This document shows positions 34,561 through 44,078 of a stretch of DNA of 64,000 bases, piece after piece. This stretch comes from a virus. Its lineage: Duplodnaviria > Caudoviricetes. Where the stretch lies: positions 1,425 to 65,424 of the IMG/VR virus record IMGVR_UViG_2799112723_000003; one strand, 5' to 3'. Under the pieces are notes generated by a model. That model saw nothing but the letters and a program-made list of their open reading frames with translations, was not told the DNA's origin and made no database searches. Positions within the stretch are counted from its first letter, which is position 1. Each line of letters opens with the position of its first letter. The translations under genes and the position numbers were made by a program.

Positions 34561-36723
34561 TTACAGGTCTGCTTCCGTACCGGCCTTGACCATGGTTCCC
34601 CTCCTGCTCTTGGTAGCTCTCCATGTCGGCAATGGCATCTTCTGACTGACATACAGTCCTATGCCGGTACTCATCACTATGTCATCGTGGTTGTTCTTGC
34701 CCTTCACGTTGCCCAGCTTGCCGTCTTCGTCGCGCTCGTATATCAGCATCTCGTCAAAGGCTTGCTTGTCGGGTTCGTTGTACAGCATGTCTTCCACGTA
34801 GGCGACGAAGTTGTCAATGACATACTCTTTTGTCTGCACGTTGGTATGGAAACCGTAGATGTTGGTGACTTTCTTCGTCACCTGGTCTACACTGGTCTCA
34901 CGGATATACATATTGGGATAGTAGTCGGCTATCTCGTCTATGATGGTGCCTGAGTGATCGCCCTCGGTCTCTACCAGGTCTTTCTTCGTGTCTGCCGTGT
35001 TCTTCTCTATCACCAGCAGGGCATCGTCGTAGTAGTGGGCCAGCTGGGCGGCTTTCCAGGCCAGCAGGTCAAAGCGGATATGCCCACGCCACCTAGCCAC
35101 CACTTCGGGCTTGCCGCCAAGCATCATCGGGAAACGGTCTATCACCGTCATCACCGTGAAGTCGGAGTTACGGCCCTTGCCGCCAATATCCACGCTGACC
35201 ACATAGCGGTAGTTCACTTGCAGACAGTCGGGCTTGTGCCAGATGCGTAATATCTGACCGTCATCCACCCGGTCTGTCAGGTGGGCGGTGCTGATGGCTT
35301 CGTGGCCTTTCTCTTCGTCACCGACAATGTTGCCCACAAACACGGGTTCTTTCTGCATCGTCTGGCGCATGGCATCTACACTGTACTTGTCAAACACCAG
35401 GTTGCCTGCTGCCATGAAGCACTCCACATCGTCACAGGGGAATTCGGTGGCAAAGTAGGAGTGTGTCCTGAACTCGTTGCGCTTCTCCCTGTACCAGTTG
35501 ATGGCTTCAAAACTGGCTCCCTTCATCCACTGGCTCCAGAAGAACTTGCCGCTTTCCCGGTAGCCCTTGGGGTTGTTGGGATTGTCCTTGTTCTCCAGCA
35601 ACCACTTGGCAAAATCCCTGGCGGCTGTCTTGTATTCGGCTGATCGCCGGCTGTCTCTCCAGTGCTGGCCGTTCACCAGCTCCATCCTGTACAGCTCAAT
35701 CATGAAGTAGGTGATGAACAGCGGTTCCCAGGCACTGGGTATGTCGGGATTCTTGGCTTCCTGGTACATGTCGTAGAAGAAGTCGCCCACCACACGCCCG
35801 GACGATTCCATCACGATCATGGTGTCGGGCTTGTTGCCGATGGTTCCGTTTAGTGAGGACAGCACGCCTTCGGGCTTCTTCTGCTCGGTTTCTTTCCAAT
35901 AGGCGACCTCTGACAGGTGGGCTATCTTCAGGTTGGCGCTTCGGCTGGCGTCGTAGTTCTCATAGCTGGCTACTGAGGTCACGTTGCCTCTCACCTCTTC
36001 GCCTATATTGGTCTTGACAATGAAGTCGGTCTGGCTGCCCAAGAAGGGGGCCGACTTCAGTCGCCTGCCCATCAGACCCACACTCCACCCGGGCTGATGT
36101 TCCAGGGCAAGGTCGTACATGGCACGGATACGGATAGATGCTGCCGTCTGGTGGGCCATAATGGCCATGTTCCAGCGGGTATGCTTGAAGTCCTGTATCC
36201 ACTTGCCGTACAGCTGGGTCTCGGTGCTACCACCAAACTGACGGGCCTTGGGCATGATGATACGGATGGGTTTCTTCTCGCGCCTCATCTTTTCCTGAAG
36301 TTCCAGCAACTTGCGCTGTGGATAGTTCAGCACAAAGGGTACGACGGTTCCTTCTTCCTTGTCTACTATCTTGTAGATGACGGCAAACACAAAGGCGGGG
36401 TCTTCTTCTCCCCTGATACGGAACAGCATATACACCACCTGCTGGTAGTGCTCGTCGGTATATTCCCACCCTATGACGTCGGTAATGTATGTCTTGATGC
36501 TGCCGGCCTTTAGCACCTTCTTCAGTTCGATGTTGTGCTTCACACAGCGTTCGGGCATGTACTGGACTGGTATCGGACAGTCGGGTATCTTCACTTTCAC
36601 GCGAGGGCCTGGTGCTCCACGGCCCGTAACAGGATTGAAGCCCTCGAACATCTCCACGTTCCTGCGCTCGTTCTCCTGCAGCATCTCGGCTATCAGCCGT
36701 TCCTCATCCTTTCCATCTGCCAT
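34561..36723 (-). CDS. terL: Terminase large subunit
   Basis: Walker A PKARQFGGST, Walker B HLSEVAYW, MESS, RNase H-like VDIGG and NHDDIVM. Confidence 0.92.
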   Translation of the reverse strand: MADGKDEERLIAEMLQENERRNVEMFEGFNPVTGRGAPGPRVKVKIPDCPIPVQYMPERCVKHNIELKKVLKAGSIKTYITDVIGWEYTDEHYQQVVYMLFRIRGEEDPAFVFAVIYKIVDKEEGTVVPFVLNYPQRKLLELQEKMRREKKPIRIIMPKARQFGGSTETQLYGKWIQDFKHTRWNMAIMAHQTAASIRIRAMYDLALEHQPGWSVGLMGRRLKSAPFLGSQTDFIVKTNIGEEVRGNVTSVASYENYDASRSANLKIAHLSEVAYWKETEQKKPEGVLSSLNGTIGNKPDTMIVMESSGRVVGDFFYDMYQEAKNPDIPSAWEPLFITYFMIELYRMELVNGQHWRDSRRSAEYKTAARDFAKWLLENKDNPNNPKGYRESGKFFWSQWMKGASFEAINWYREKRNEFRTHSYFATEFPCDDVECFMAAGNLVFDKYSVDAMRQTMQKEPVFVGNIVGDEEKGHEAISTAHLTDRVDDGQILRIWHKPDCLQVNYRYVVSVDIGGKGRNSDFTVMTVIDRFPMMLGGKPEVVARWRGHIRFDLLAWKAAQLAHYYDDALLVIEKNTADTKKDLVETEGDHSGTIIDEIADYYPNMYIRETSVDQVTKKVTNIYGFHTNVQTKEYVIDNFVAYVEDMLYNEPDKQAFDEMLIYERDEDGKLGNVKGKNNHDDIVMSTGIGLYVSQKMPLPTWRATKSRRGTMVKAGTEADL

Positions 36724-37213
36724 AGGCCAGTCCTACAAGCACGCAATACAAGTGAATACACCAGTTGATATGTGGGACAAAGGCAAACGCCAGCACCCAA
36801 GGCATGACTCTGATACAAAACCTCCAGTATGTTGTCGCGGCACGACAACCTGCCTCTGTCTTCTTCCTGCACCACACGCCCCACCTGATGCCGATCTCGG
36901 CAAACAGCACGCCGGAGAATCCCACCGTCATGCCCATTTCCCAGAATCCGAACACGGGCAACAGCGAGCATGCTACGGCTATCGCATAGTCTTGCCACAG
37001 CCGTAACCGCCCGGGTATGCACCATAGCACAAACACGTTACCGGCCAGATGCCACACGTTACCGTGACTCAACGGGTACAAAAGGTGCCCTAACACCGTC
37101 CCGTGTGCCAAGGTTTCCCCTTGGCTTCCACCGTACCCAATCACAGGCAGCAACAGCCACCAGCACAACAGCAACAGCGACAATGCCAACTTCTCAATTC
37201 TTGATTTCTCCAT
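36704..37213 (-). CDS. Rhomboid-family intramembrane serine protease
   Basis: HGNVWHLAGN (HxxxxHxxxN), GFSG catalytic Ser, C-terminal HLYC His; multiple TM helices; start MEKSR. Confidence 0.85.
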   Translation of the reverse strand: MEKSRIEKLALSLLLLCWWLLLPVIGYGGSQGETLAHGTVLGHLLYPLSHGNVWHLAGNVFVLWCIPGRLRLWQDYAIAVACSLLPVFGFWEMGMTVGFSGVLFAEIGIRWGVWCRKKTEAGCRAATTYWRFCIRVMPWVLAFAFVPHINWCIHLYCVLVGLAYGRWKG

Positions 37214-37634
37214 ACATCTTCTGGTCTCGTTGTCTTTTCTTGGCCGTACGCTCACGCCATATCTGACCCATACGCTCCTTGCTGATGAAAAACCTCGACG
37301 CTGGCTCCTGGACGGCAAACCGGAGCACATAGCTCAGGCTCTTGCCCCAATACTTTTCTTCCTGATAGAGACGCTGCACCACGGCAAACAGCTCTTCATA
37401 CATCTGACGCGTCAGCGGATTCATCTTCTTCAGGGCGTTGTGGTCACCACGGCACAAGGGCGCAATGCGCTGGCTGGCCCAGCGGGAATCGACGTAGAAC
37501 CGCGGGGCCTCATGCATGACGGCCTGCTCGTAGGCTTCTTCCTGGTGTCTGCAACAGTATTGGGAACTGACCTCGCGGTACACACGCATCAGGTCGTCTT
37601 TCATCTGCTCTTTCAGTATCGTGCTCTGCTTCAT
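37194..37634 (-). CDS. Basic helical protein, candidate late transcription activator
   Basis: Duplicated (A/S)PRF(Y/F) motif (EAPRFYVD, PASRFFIS), basic C-terminus; the function is inference only. Confidence 0.55.
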   Translation of the reverse strand: MKQSTILKEQMKDDLMRVYREVSSQYCCRHQEEAYEQAVMHEAPRFYVDSRWASQRIAPLCRGDHNALKKMNPLTRQMYEELFAVVQRLYQEEKYWGKSLSYVLRFAVQEPASRFFISKERMGQIWRERTAKKRQRDQKMYGEIKN

Positions 37635-38689
37635 GTGCTCGGGTGTTTCTTGGCTATTTCTGTATCGGTATATGCCTTGGCGGCTATCAGGGCGCTGTCA
37701 GACGATCCCTTGGCGTCGAAGTCTGCCTGCATCAGCGACTTCAAGGCGGTATAGAGTGCGGCCTTCTGTTCGGTTGTCATGGTGGCAATGACCTTTGTGA
37801 TGACATTGGTCATCGTAGCACGCATCGGAGCCTTGCCGGAGGCCGTATTGTAGACCAGGAAGTCGGTGATAGCCTGCACGGTGTCGTTCACGTCGTCGCG
37901 GTTCAGTGAACTGCCACCGCCACCTTCAACATCGAACTTGTCATCCTGCGGGTTGTCTATCTTCAACGTACCTGCCAGTGCGGTCTTGACGTCGCCGATA
38001 GCGTCCTTCAGTGCCGTTGTGTTCGTGGTGCTCTGGGTCATGCTGTCGCTGACCTGCTTGGTCAGCTTGTCAAGGCTGGCAACGATGTTGTTCAGCAGCT
38101 TCTCCGAAACGGAGGCTGATGTGACGTCAACGGCAACGCCTTTGGTGGGTTCTTCTTCACCACCGCCACCGCCTCCCTCATCCTTCTTGGCGGCTGTGCG
38201 GGCATCGGCTGAGGCTATCATCATACCTTGTGCCCACCTGTAGGCGGCTTTGCTGTAGAGCATGATAGTAGCGTCGTTGGCATTCTCCGGGTGTTCGATG
38301 TTGCGTATCATGGCGTTCATGGCATGGATGGCAAACTGGTCACGGGGTTCCATGCTCGACAGGTCGGCCACATCGGACTCGTCGGTGCCCACACCTCGCG
38401 TCATGGTCTGCGAAGTACCGTAGGATGTCGGCAACGTGGACTCTACCATGTGAAACTGGACACTTGGCGAAACGTTCATGCTCTCTCCGTACGCGTTGAC
38501 TTCATAGAGTACATTATTAACAGTAATCAGGTAACGTCCGTTTACTGCTGTCGTAGTCAGGATACCCGCCTGAGTCTTGACGTCAAAGTCGGTGGTTCCA
38601 CTGGTTTCGGCTGCAAGGGTGACAGGTGTTCCCTGTAGGGCCTTGGTCAGATTGAACGGAGTAATCTTGTAGGTGATAGTCAGTGCCAT
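37631..38689 (-). CDS. Probable virion protein
   Basis: Thr/Gly-rich; PRDQFAIHAM motif; late operon. Confidence 0.6.
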   Translation of the reverse strand: MALTITYKITPFNLTKALQGTPVTLAAETSGTTDFDVKTQAGILTTTAVNGRYLITVNNVLYEVNAYGESMNVSPSVQFHMVESTLPTSYGTSQTMTRGVGTDESDVADLSSMEPRDQFAIHAMNAMIRNIEHPENANDATIMLYSKAAYRWAQGMMIASADARTAAKKDEGGGGGGEEEPTKGVAVDVTSASVSEKLLNNIVASLDKLTKQVSDSMTQSTTNTTALKDAIGDVKTALAGTLKIDNPQDDKFDVEGGGGSSLNRDDVNDTVQAITDFLVYNTASGKAPMRATMTNVITKVIATMTTEQKAALYTALKSLMQADFDAKGSSDSALIAAKAYTDTEIAKKHPST

Positions 38690-38691
38690 TG

Positions 38692-41280
38692 TTATCTGAG
38701 TTTATTGGTTCTGCGTTCCTGGGTGATGATGACAGTACCGGCAAAGCGGTCTGTGGCTTTCAGATTGGCAAAGTCGTACTTCATCTTGTAGTACTTCCAT
38801 GGGCGACCACGCAACGATGTCAGGGTAGTCCACTGGCCTGCCAGGTCGTTGGCGGCCTTGATGGTGACTGTCAGCGTGCCTTCCATGTCCTTGATGTTGC
38901 GCATCTGCATGATGCTCTTCAGGGCCAGCGCATTCTCCAGCTTCATGGGACGTGACGTCATCGTAGCCTGGTAAGGGTCTGTGTCTGCATTGATGTTCGG
39001 ACGTTCCATCAGCGAATACACCTGCGTACCGGCCTGCAGCAGATAGTCGGGATAGTTGTTGACTACACGGTCGACGGCTCCGCTGAACTCATACTGCGCA
39101 AACGTCCCGCTCTTGATGTTGTACACCCAGCATGTTTCCCCAAAGCCGGACTGGTGGTTGAATATCCACAACAGCGAGTCGCGGTAGTCGTAGGCTATGA
39201 ACGCATTCTTCAAGAACGTAGCAAACGATACCCCGCAAAGGTTAGAGCCATTGGCCTTTCCGCTTAGCTGTTCACTGACGCATTTGACCTCATTGCCTAA
39301 AACAACCATCAGGCCTTTCTCCGAAGCAAAGTAGATGGCGCCGTCGGTCTGGATGATGCATGGATGTTGCTCGTTGGCAACTTCTCTGCTCATAGGATAT
39401 GCTGCCGAGAAATAGCCACTGTTGGCCACCGACATAGCCCACACGCCTTCAGTTGTGAAGGCTATCAACGGATACTGGCCGAACTGACCCTGCGAAAGGG
39501 CTTGCGTCAACGTGGAGAAACCGATTATCTTGCCTGCACCCAGCGTATAGTAGCCGGTGGCAAGGAACGTAAAGGGATTGTTGGCTTCTGACAGGGCAAT
39601 GATGTTTGGCAGGTGCTCTGGGCCGCTGGTCTGGCCGGAGTCGCTACCTGACCATACGGAAGGAGTTGACTCAGGAACACCGCCAAAGAAGTATGCACCA
39701 TTCAGCCCTGTATGCTCCTTCAGTGTCAGCAAGTGGCCGTTTACCCAAGCTCGCTTGGCGCGAGGATCGGGATAGTAGAACCAAAGCATCTGATTGGTAT
39801 CGGATTCCACGGTATGATATGCCGTCTTAGTACCCGATTCTGTATCTATCTCGACTTTGAAGTAATGAGTGGTCCTATCGCCGGCGGCATAGGGAGTAAA
39901 GAAGTGGTAACCGTCAAAGATGCCGCGCTGCAGGTTGGCAAGTATAAGCCGGGAGTTATAGGTTCCTATGGTAGACGGAATCAGCTGACTGTTCGAATAG
40001 TAGTCATCTATCTTCAACTGCTCCTGCTCTTCCAGGTTGGGAAGTACCGTTGATGCAAAAAGTCCTGTAGTTGACTGATGGATAGTTGTTGGCGACAAAC
40101 CTATCTTGCAAAGTTTATAGAAGACGGAGGCATTGCTGATGTCCTCGTCTATCTCCGACTTCTGCCGTTTTTTCAGCGGGCTGTCATAAACTGCCGAGAT
40201 GCAATCAGTTCCATCTTCCGTTTTTGAAACAAGTTCGTTTTGATGGAAACTGTCTTGATATGTAGAGGATGGAGAGTTTTGCGAGAAAATGCCGTTAAGT
40301 ATTACCTTGAAATTGTCTTTAGCAGGAGTGAGACTATCCGGCTGGTCGGTTATCAGGTCGTAGATTTCAATGCCGCGTGAAACGAAGATGACCACATTAC
40401 GCACCAAATCTGAGTATGCAGAATAGTCGTTGTTCAGTTTGTAGCGTAGTCGTAAGCCCATCGTGTTCAGAAATAACTGGCCCTCGTAGGGCCGTACTGA
40501 TGTGTAACTCAAATCACAGTAGGCTGCCCAGGAGTTGGACGTGCAGGTGGGCAACAACAACACGGGATTGGAAATGTGGCTGTAGCTGCCGTCATACATC
40601 TCCAGGGCTGCACGAGCAAAGAATGGCAGACAGAAGCCTTTCTTCTCGGCTATCTTCTTCTTATTCTCGGCATACATGCCTATCATCATATTGTTGTAGT
40701 CTTCCTGCTTGCCGGTCATGACACCTATGGAGCGCGTGGAACGCACGTCTACGATGCCTTCCGTCTCACGTCTGGAATAGACTATCAGTTCGTCGGTATG
40801 CTCTGTCTGGAATGGTGTGTACTGGGAAACACATGGATAACCGAATGACTGCAAAGAAAACTCTATGTCAATAGGCGGCAACTGGTTAAGTGTACTATAG
40901 GACCAGGTACTGTCGCTGTTCTGTTTCCAAAGGAAATAGTGAAGACCGCTACCGTCCAGCACTATCAGCGTCCTGCCGTTTGACTCTACCTTGACAACAG
41001 TTGAAGATGACATAAGCTTCGTCGTCTCGTTACTATACACCCCACTATCGTAGTACGTAATCTTGTTCTCATGCCCTGACGGTGTATGGTGCACATACAT
41101 CAGCCTGTGCCCTGACGACAGCGTAAACTCCCACGACGGCTTCTGTATCACACGGTGCTCACCGTCGGCATACGTCAGACCCACACACGCCTCCAGCGTG
41201 TTGTCATCACACGTCGCATCACTCGGCACATTCGTTATGCCCAACTCAAACGTCAACTGCTGTTCCTTGTTTCCACTCAT
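38692..41280 (-). CDS. Tail nozzle/stabilisation-type protein (P22 gp10-like, beta-propeller)
   Basis: GITNVPSD..D..LEACVGL start, YNSRLILAN, ALSQGQFGQYPL, YDYRDSLL motifs. Confidence 0.65.
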   Translation of the reverse strand: MSGNKEQQLTFELGITNVPSDATCDDNTLEACVGLTYADGEHRVIQKPSWEFTLSSGHRLMYVHHTPSGHENKITYYDSGVYSNETTKLMSSSTVVKVESNGRTLIVLDGSGLHYFLWKQNSDSTWSYSTLNQLPPIDIEFSLQSFGYPCVSQYTPFQTEHTDELIVYSRRETEGIVDVRSTRSIGVMTGKQEDYNNMMIGMYAENKKKIAEKKGFCLPFFARAALEMYDGSYSHISNPVLLLPTCTSNSWAAYCDLSYTSVRPYEGQLFLNTMGLRLRYKLNNDYSAYSDLVRNVVIFVSRGIEIYDLITDQPDSLTPAKDNFKVILNGIFSQNSPSSTYQDSFHQNELVSKTEDGTDCISAVYDSPLKKRQKSEIDEDISNASVFYKLCKIGLSPTTIHQSTTGLFASTVLPNLEEQEQLKIDDYYSNSQLIPSTIGTYNSRLILANLQRGIFDGYHFFTPYAAGDRTTHYFKVEIDTESGTKTAYHTVESDTNQMLWFYYPDPRAKRAWVNGHLLTLKEHTGLNGAYFFGGVPESTPSVWSGSDSGQTSGPEHLPNIIALSEANNPFTFLATGYYTLGAGKIIGFSTLTQALSQGQFGQYPLIAFTTEGVWAMSVANSGYFSAAYPMSREVANEQHPCIIQTDGAIYFASEKGLMVVLGNEVKCVSEQLSGKANGSNLCGVSFATFLKNAFIAYDYRDSLLWIFNHQSGFGETCWVYNIKSGTFAQYEFSGAVDRVVNNYPDYLLQAGTQVYSLMERPNINADTDPYQATMTSRPMKLENALALKSIMQMRNIKDMEGTLTVTIKAANDLAGQWTTLTSLRGRPWKYYKMKYDFANLKATDRFAGTVIITQERRTNKLR

Positions 41281-41459
41281 AGTCCATCCGGTTTTGCCTG
41301 CAAAATAACAAAGAAAAACAACGCACAATTGTTAAATATAAATAAAAACACGGAGATTTACCAATAAAAGTATTGACAATCAACAGCCTTTTTTACTACT
41401 TTTGCACCCGACTATTCAACTAACAATTATTCATCAACTAATCAAATTTCACAAAAGAA

Positions 41460-42005
41460 ATGGCAAAAGTACGTTATGTGGCGAAGGAGAACACGAAGAT
41501 GGGAACGCACTCCTTCTATGCCGTACCAGTTCACAACGGTGTGCTGACAACCGACGAGCTCCTGGAAGAGGCTCTTGACGGAAAGAGCGTCGAGCCCTCC
41601 ATTGCCCGCGCCGTCATCATCGAGTTCATGAAGACCGTGCAGCGTAATGTCAAGAAGGGATTCCGCTGTCAGCTGGGCGAAAACTTCCTGACCATCTACC
41701 CCAACCTCCAACTGTCCGTCAAGGACCAGAAGGACGAACAGACAGGGCAGGTCACCGTGGCTACCGCCAAGATGCTCTCTGCCGCCAATGCCAAGTCTCG
41801 GCTGGGATGCACCGTACACCCCAAGTTCTCGGCACAGTTCGCCCAGGAGGTCAGCTGGCAGAAGGTAGACCAGAGCGGTGCCGCCATCGAGGATGACGAT
41901 ATCACCCAGGGCAACGGCAACGTCGAAGGCAACAGCCAGCCCGCAACAGGCGGCGGCTCAGGCACCGGAGGCAACTCCAACGAATACGACGACGCCGACG
42001 AGTAG
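41460..42005 (+). CDS. Bacteroidota HU-like DNA-binding protein
   Basis: FYAVPV..LTTDEL..ARAVI..KGFRCQLGENFL.IYP; Gly/acidic tail; own TACTTTTG promoter near 41397. Confidence 0.75.
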   Translation: MAKVRYVAKENTKMGTHSFYAVPVHNGVLTTDELLEEALDGKSVEPSIARAVIIEFMKTVQRNVKKGFRCQLGENFLTIYPNLQLSVKDQKDEQTGQVTVATAKMLSAANAKSRLGCTVHPKFSAQFAQEVSWQKVDQSGAAIEDDDITQGNGNVEGNSQPATGGGSGTGGNSNEYDDADE

Positions 42006-42020
42006 CCACCAGACGCAAAC

Positions 42021-42065
42021 AAAAAAAGGAGAGAGGCCAACCACAAGCCCCTCTCCTTTCCTTTT
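42021..42065. terminator. Bidirectional terminator
   Basis: A-run-AAGGAGAGAGG..CCCCTCTCCTT-T-rich. Confidence 0.65.
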
Positions 42066-42345
42066 GCCCTTAGTGGGCAAACCCTCTGGCTTTAGTGGGT
42101 AAGCCCAAGTGCAACGCTATACCTTAATTATATCCTCGCCAAGAACTGATAGATTAAATACCGACTGCAAATTTACAAAACATTCATTAAATATCCGAAC
42201 CATTTCCGAAATATTTCCGATAAAGCTTGCAAGTATCAATATTTTTATTTATCTTTGCACCGTGTTTATGAATAGAAGTATTGTTATTGCAAAAATATTT
42301 CGAAAAAACCTTGGCGGTTTCAGAGATTCTTCGTATCTTTGCAAC

Positions 42346-42520
42346 GCTTACAGATTGGTTCGCTTAAGAACTCCGAAGAGCAACGGATAATTGCTCATTC
42401 TCATGGATGGGTATTTTTTATGCCCTGAAGTGAAAAGATATGGCGATTGCCATTTGCGTAGATTAAACTACTCTCGGAGTAAGTGACCATCTGTAAGCAG
42501 CGCAAATAGGCAGTCGCTTT
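42346..42520 (+). ncRNA. C4-like antisense leader RNA of the antirepressor operon
   Basis: Starts after TATCTTTG (42334-42341); GACCATCTGTAAGCA (42485-42499) is the exact complement of 42549-42563 over the next ATG, and also pairs with 42346-42359; second stem 42445-42460/42501-42517. Confidence 0.6.
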
Positions 42521-42557
42521 TTCCTGTGCCGAAAACGACCAAATAAAATGCTTACAG

Positions 42558-42794
42558 ATGGTCAAGAATTTATTAACGAGCAACGTCCAGCTCTCGCTCT
42601 TCCCCTGTCAGGGAACCGGCGTAAATGACGCACACAACGGCAGCACGTCTACTGCCAAGTTATCAACCTACATGACCTCACGCGAGGCCCTATGGCGGCT
42701 CCTGGCCACCTACCCTGCAGACATGCCCGTCCAGCAGGCGGTACTTCTCGCCCGCGTCGACTTCACCAAGGCAAGAAAGGAGGTGACACTATGA
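42558..42794 (+). CDS. Small leader protein of the antirepressor operon
   Basis: Ends RKEVTL, coupled to the next ATG. Confidence 0.55.
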   Translation: MVKNLLTSNVQLSLFPCQGTGVNDAHNGSTSTAKLSTYMTSREALWRLLATYPADMPVQQAVLLARVDFTKARKEVTL

Positions 42795-43000
42795 TCCAAA
42801 ACGTTACAGTATGTGGCAGAAATATCAATGCCATTGTTATCGAGACCGACCCGATTAGTGCTAAGGAGTATCGCCGCTCGCTCATCAATATCCTGAAGTG
42901 TGCGGTTCTTTGGGATGGAGACCTGGAGAAGGAAGATGTATGGAACATCCTTAACGTTATTCAGGAGACAGAAACCAAGGAGGAAGGAGGTGAGGTATGA
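42791..43000 (+). CDS. Small hypothetical protein
   Basis: MIQNVTVCG..KEEGGEV, coupled on both sides. Confidence 0.55.
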   Translation: MIQNVTVCGRNINAIVIETDPISAKEYRRSLINILKCAVLWDGDLEKEDVWNILNVIQETETKEEGGEV

Positions 43001-43356
43001 AGGACTTCATCAAGCACTTCCGCCTAGGACCACTGCACCTGTACGTCACCACAAGGCGGCTGAAGAATCCCGGACGCGGCGAGCGCCTGCGCCACAACGC
43101 CAAGCCTAAGATAGATATGCTGAAACGCTGCCGCTACCGCATGAATGGAGGATGCTGCGAGGTATGCGGACGGAAGTTCAAGAAAAAGCAGCTCGAAATG
43201 CACCACATCGAGTCCGTCAAGAACCACCCGGAACTCATAGCCAGGGACGGCAACCTCCTCATGGTGTGCCGTACATGCCACATGCAGCTTCACCAGAAGC
43301 CCAATGCGAACACACAACCTGTAGCCGAGAAAGGAGGTCCCAATGAAACGAAGTGA
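42997..43356 (+). CDS. HNH endonuclease
   Basis: CEVCG..LEMHHI..NLLMVCRTCHMQLH. Confidence 0.8.
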   Translation: MKDFIKHFRLGPLHLYVTTRRLKNPGRGERLRHNAKPKIDMLKRCRYRMNGGCCEVCGRKFKKKQLEMHHIESVKNHPELIARDGNLLMVCRTCHMQLHQKPNANTQPVAEKGGPNETK

Positions 43357-43442
43357 TTCCCCTCTCGCTCGCTACCAGCGCCATATCGCGCACGCGAACA
43401 ATTTTATTATCAAGGAGTATATAAAGATAATATGTAAGAAAA

Positions 43443-44078
43443 ATGGCTAAGATCAAGGATTTATCAAATTTGAGGTTTGGGAAACTTCAGGTTGTAGAAT
43501 TGTTACCAGAAAGGAAATTTGGTAATGCCGTTTGGTTGTGCAAATGTGATTGCGGGAATACTACAAAAGTTATTGGATCCCGTCTTATTCGTGGTAAAAC
43601 CCACATGTGCGATCAGTGTTTGAATAAGCAGCTGAAAAAAGTTGGTTCAAATATTGGTAACAGAAAGAGATTGCATGATGTTTTTCGTCGTATGAGAAAT
43701 AGATGTTATAATCCAAATTGTGATGTTTACAAACATTACGGAGGAAGAGGTATTAAAATTTGCGACGCCTGGTTAAATAACTTTGACGCCTTCTACGATT
43801 GGGCTGTAACGAATGGATATGATTATGGTCTATCTATTGAGCGCATTGATGTAAACGGAAACTATTGCCCCGAAAACTGCATTTGGATTCCTTTAAAGGA
43901 ACAAGTATATAACAGAAGGGATACTGTTTATGTTTGTTTTCGGAATCATAAAATTTCCCTTGCAAAAATATGTAATGATCTTGATATAGACTATATAAAA
44001 ATAGCCAGTTACATAAATAGAATATATAGGAGTAAAGATAACAATCAAAATCACAACGACAATGAACAACCCAGATAA
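43443..44078 (+). CDS. HNH/His-Me homing-endonuclease-like protein (AT-rich insert)
   Basis: RFGKL..WLCKCDCG, RCYNPN..YGGRGIKIC, SIERIDVNGNYCPENC.W. Confidence 0.8.
   Translation: MAKIKDLSNLRFGKLQVVELLPERKFGNAVWLCKCDCGNTTKVIGSRLIRGKTHMCDQCLNKQLKKVGSNIGNRKRLHDVFRRMRNRCYNPNCDVYKHYGGRGIKICDAWLNNFDAFYDWAVTNGYDYGLSIERIDVNGNYCPENCIWIPLKEQVYNRRDTVYVCFRNHKISLAKICNDLDIDYIKIASYINRIYRSKDNNQNHNDNEQPR

Noticed and set aside
42105-42115. CCAAGTGCAAC complementary to 45248-45258 as a toxin-antitoxin RNA pair
   Set aside because: Only 11 nt; plausible by chance in 64 kb, with no further pairing seen.
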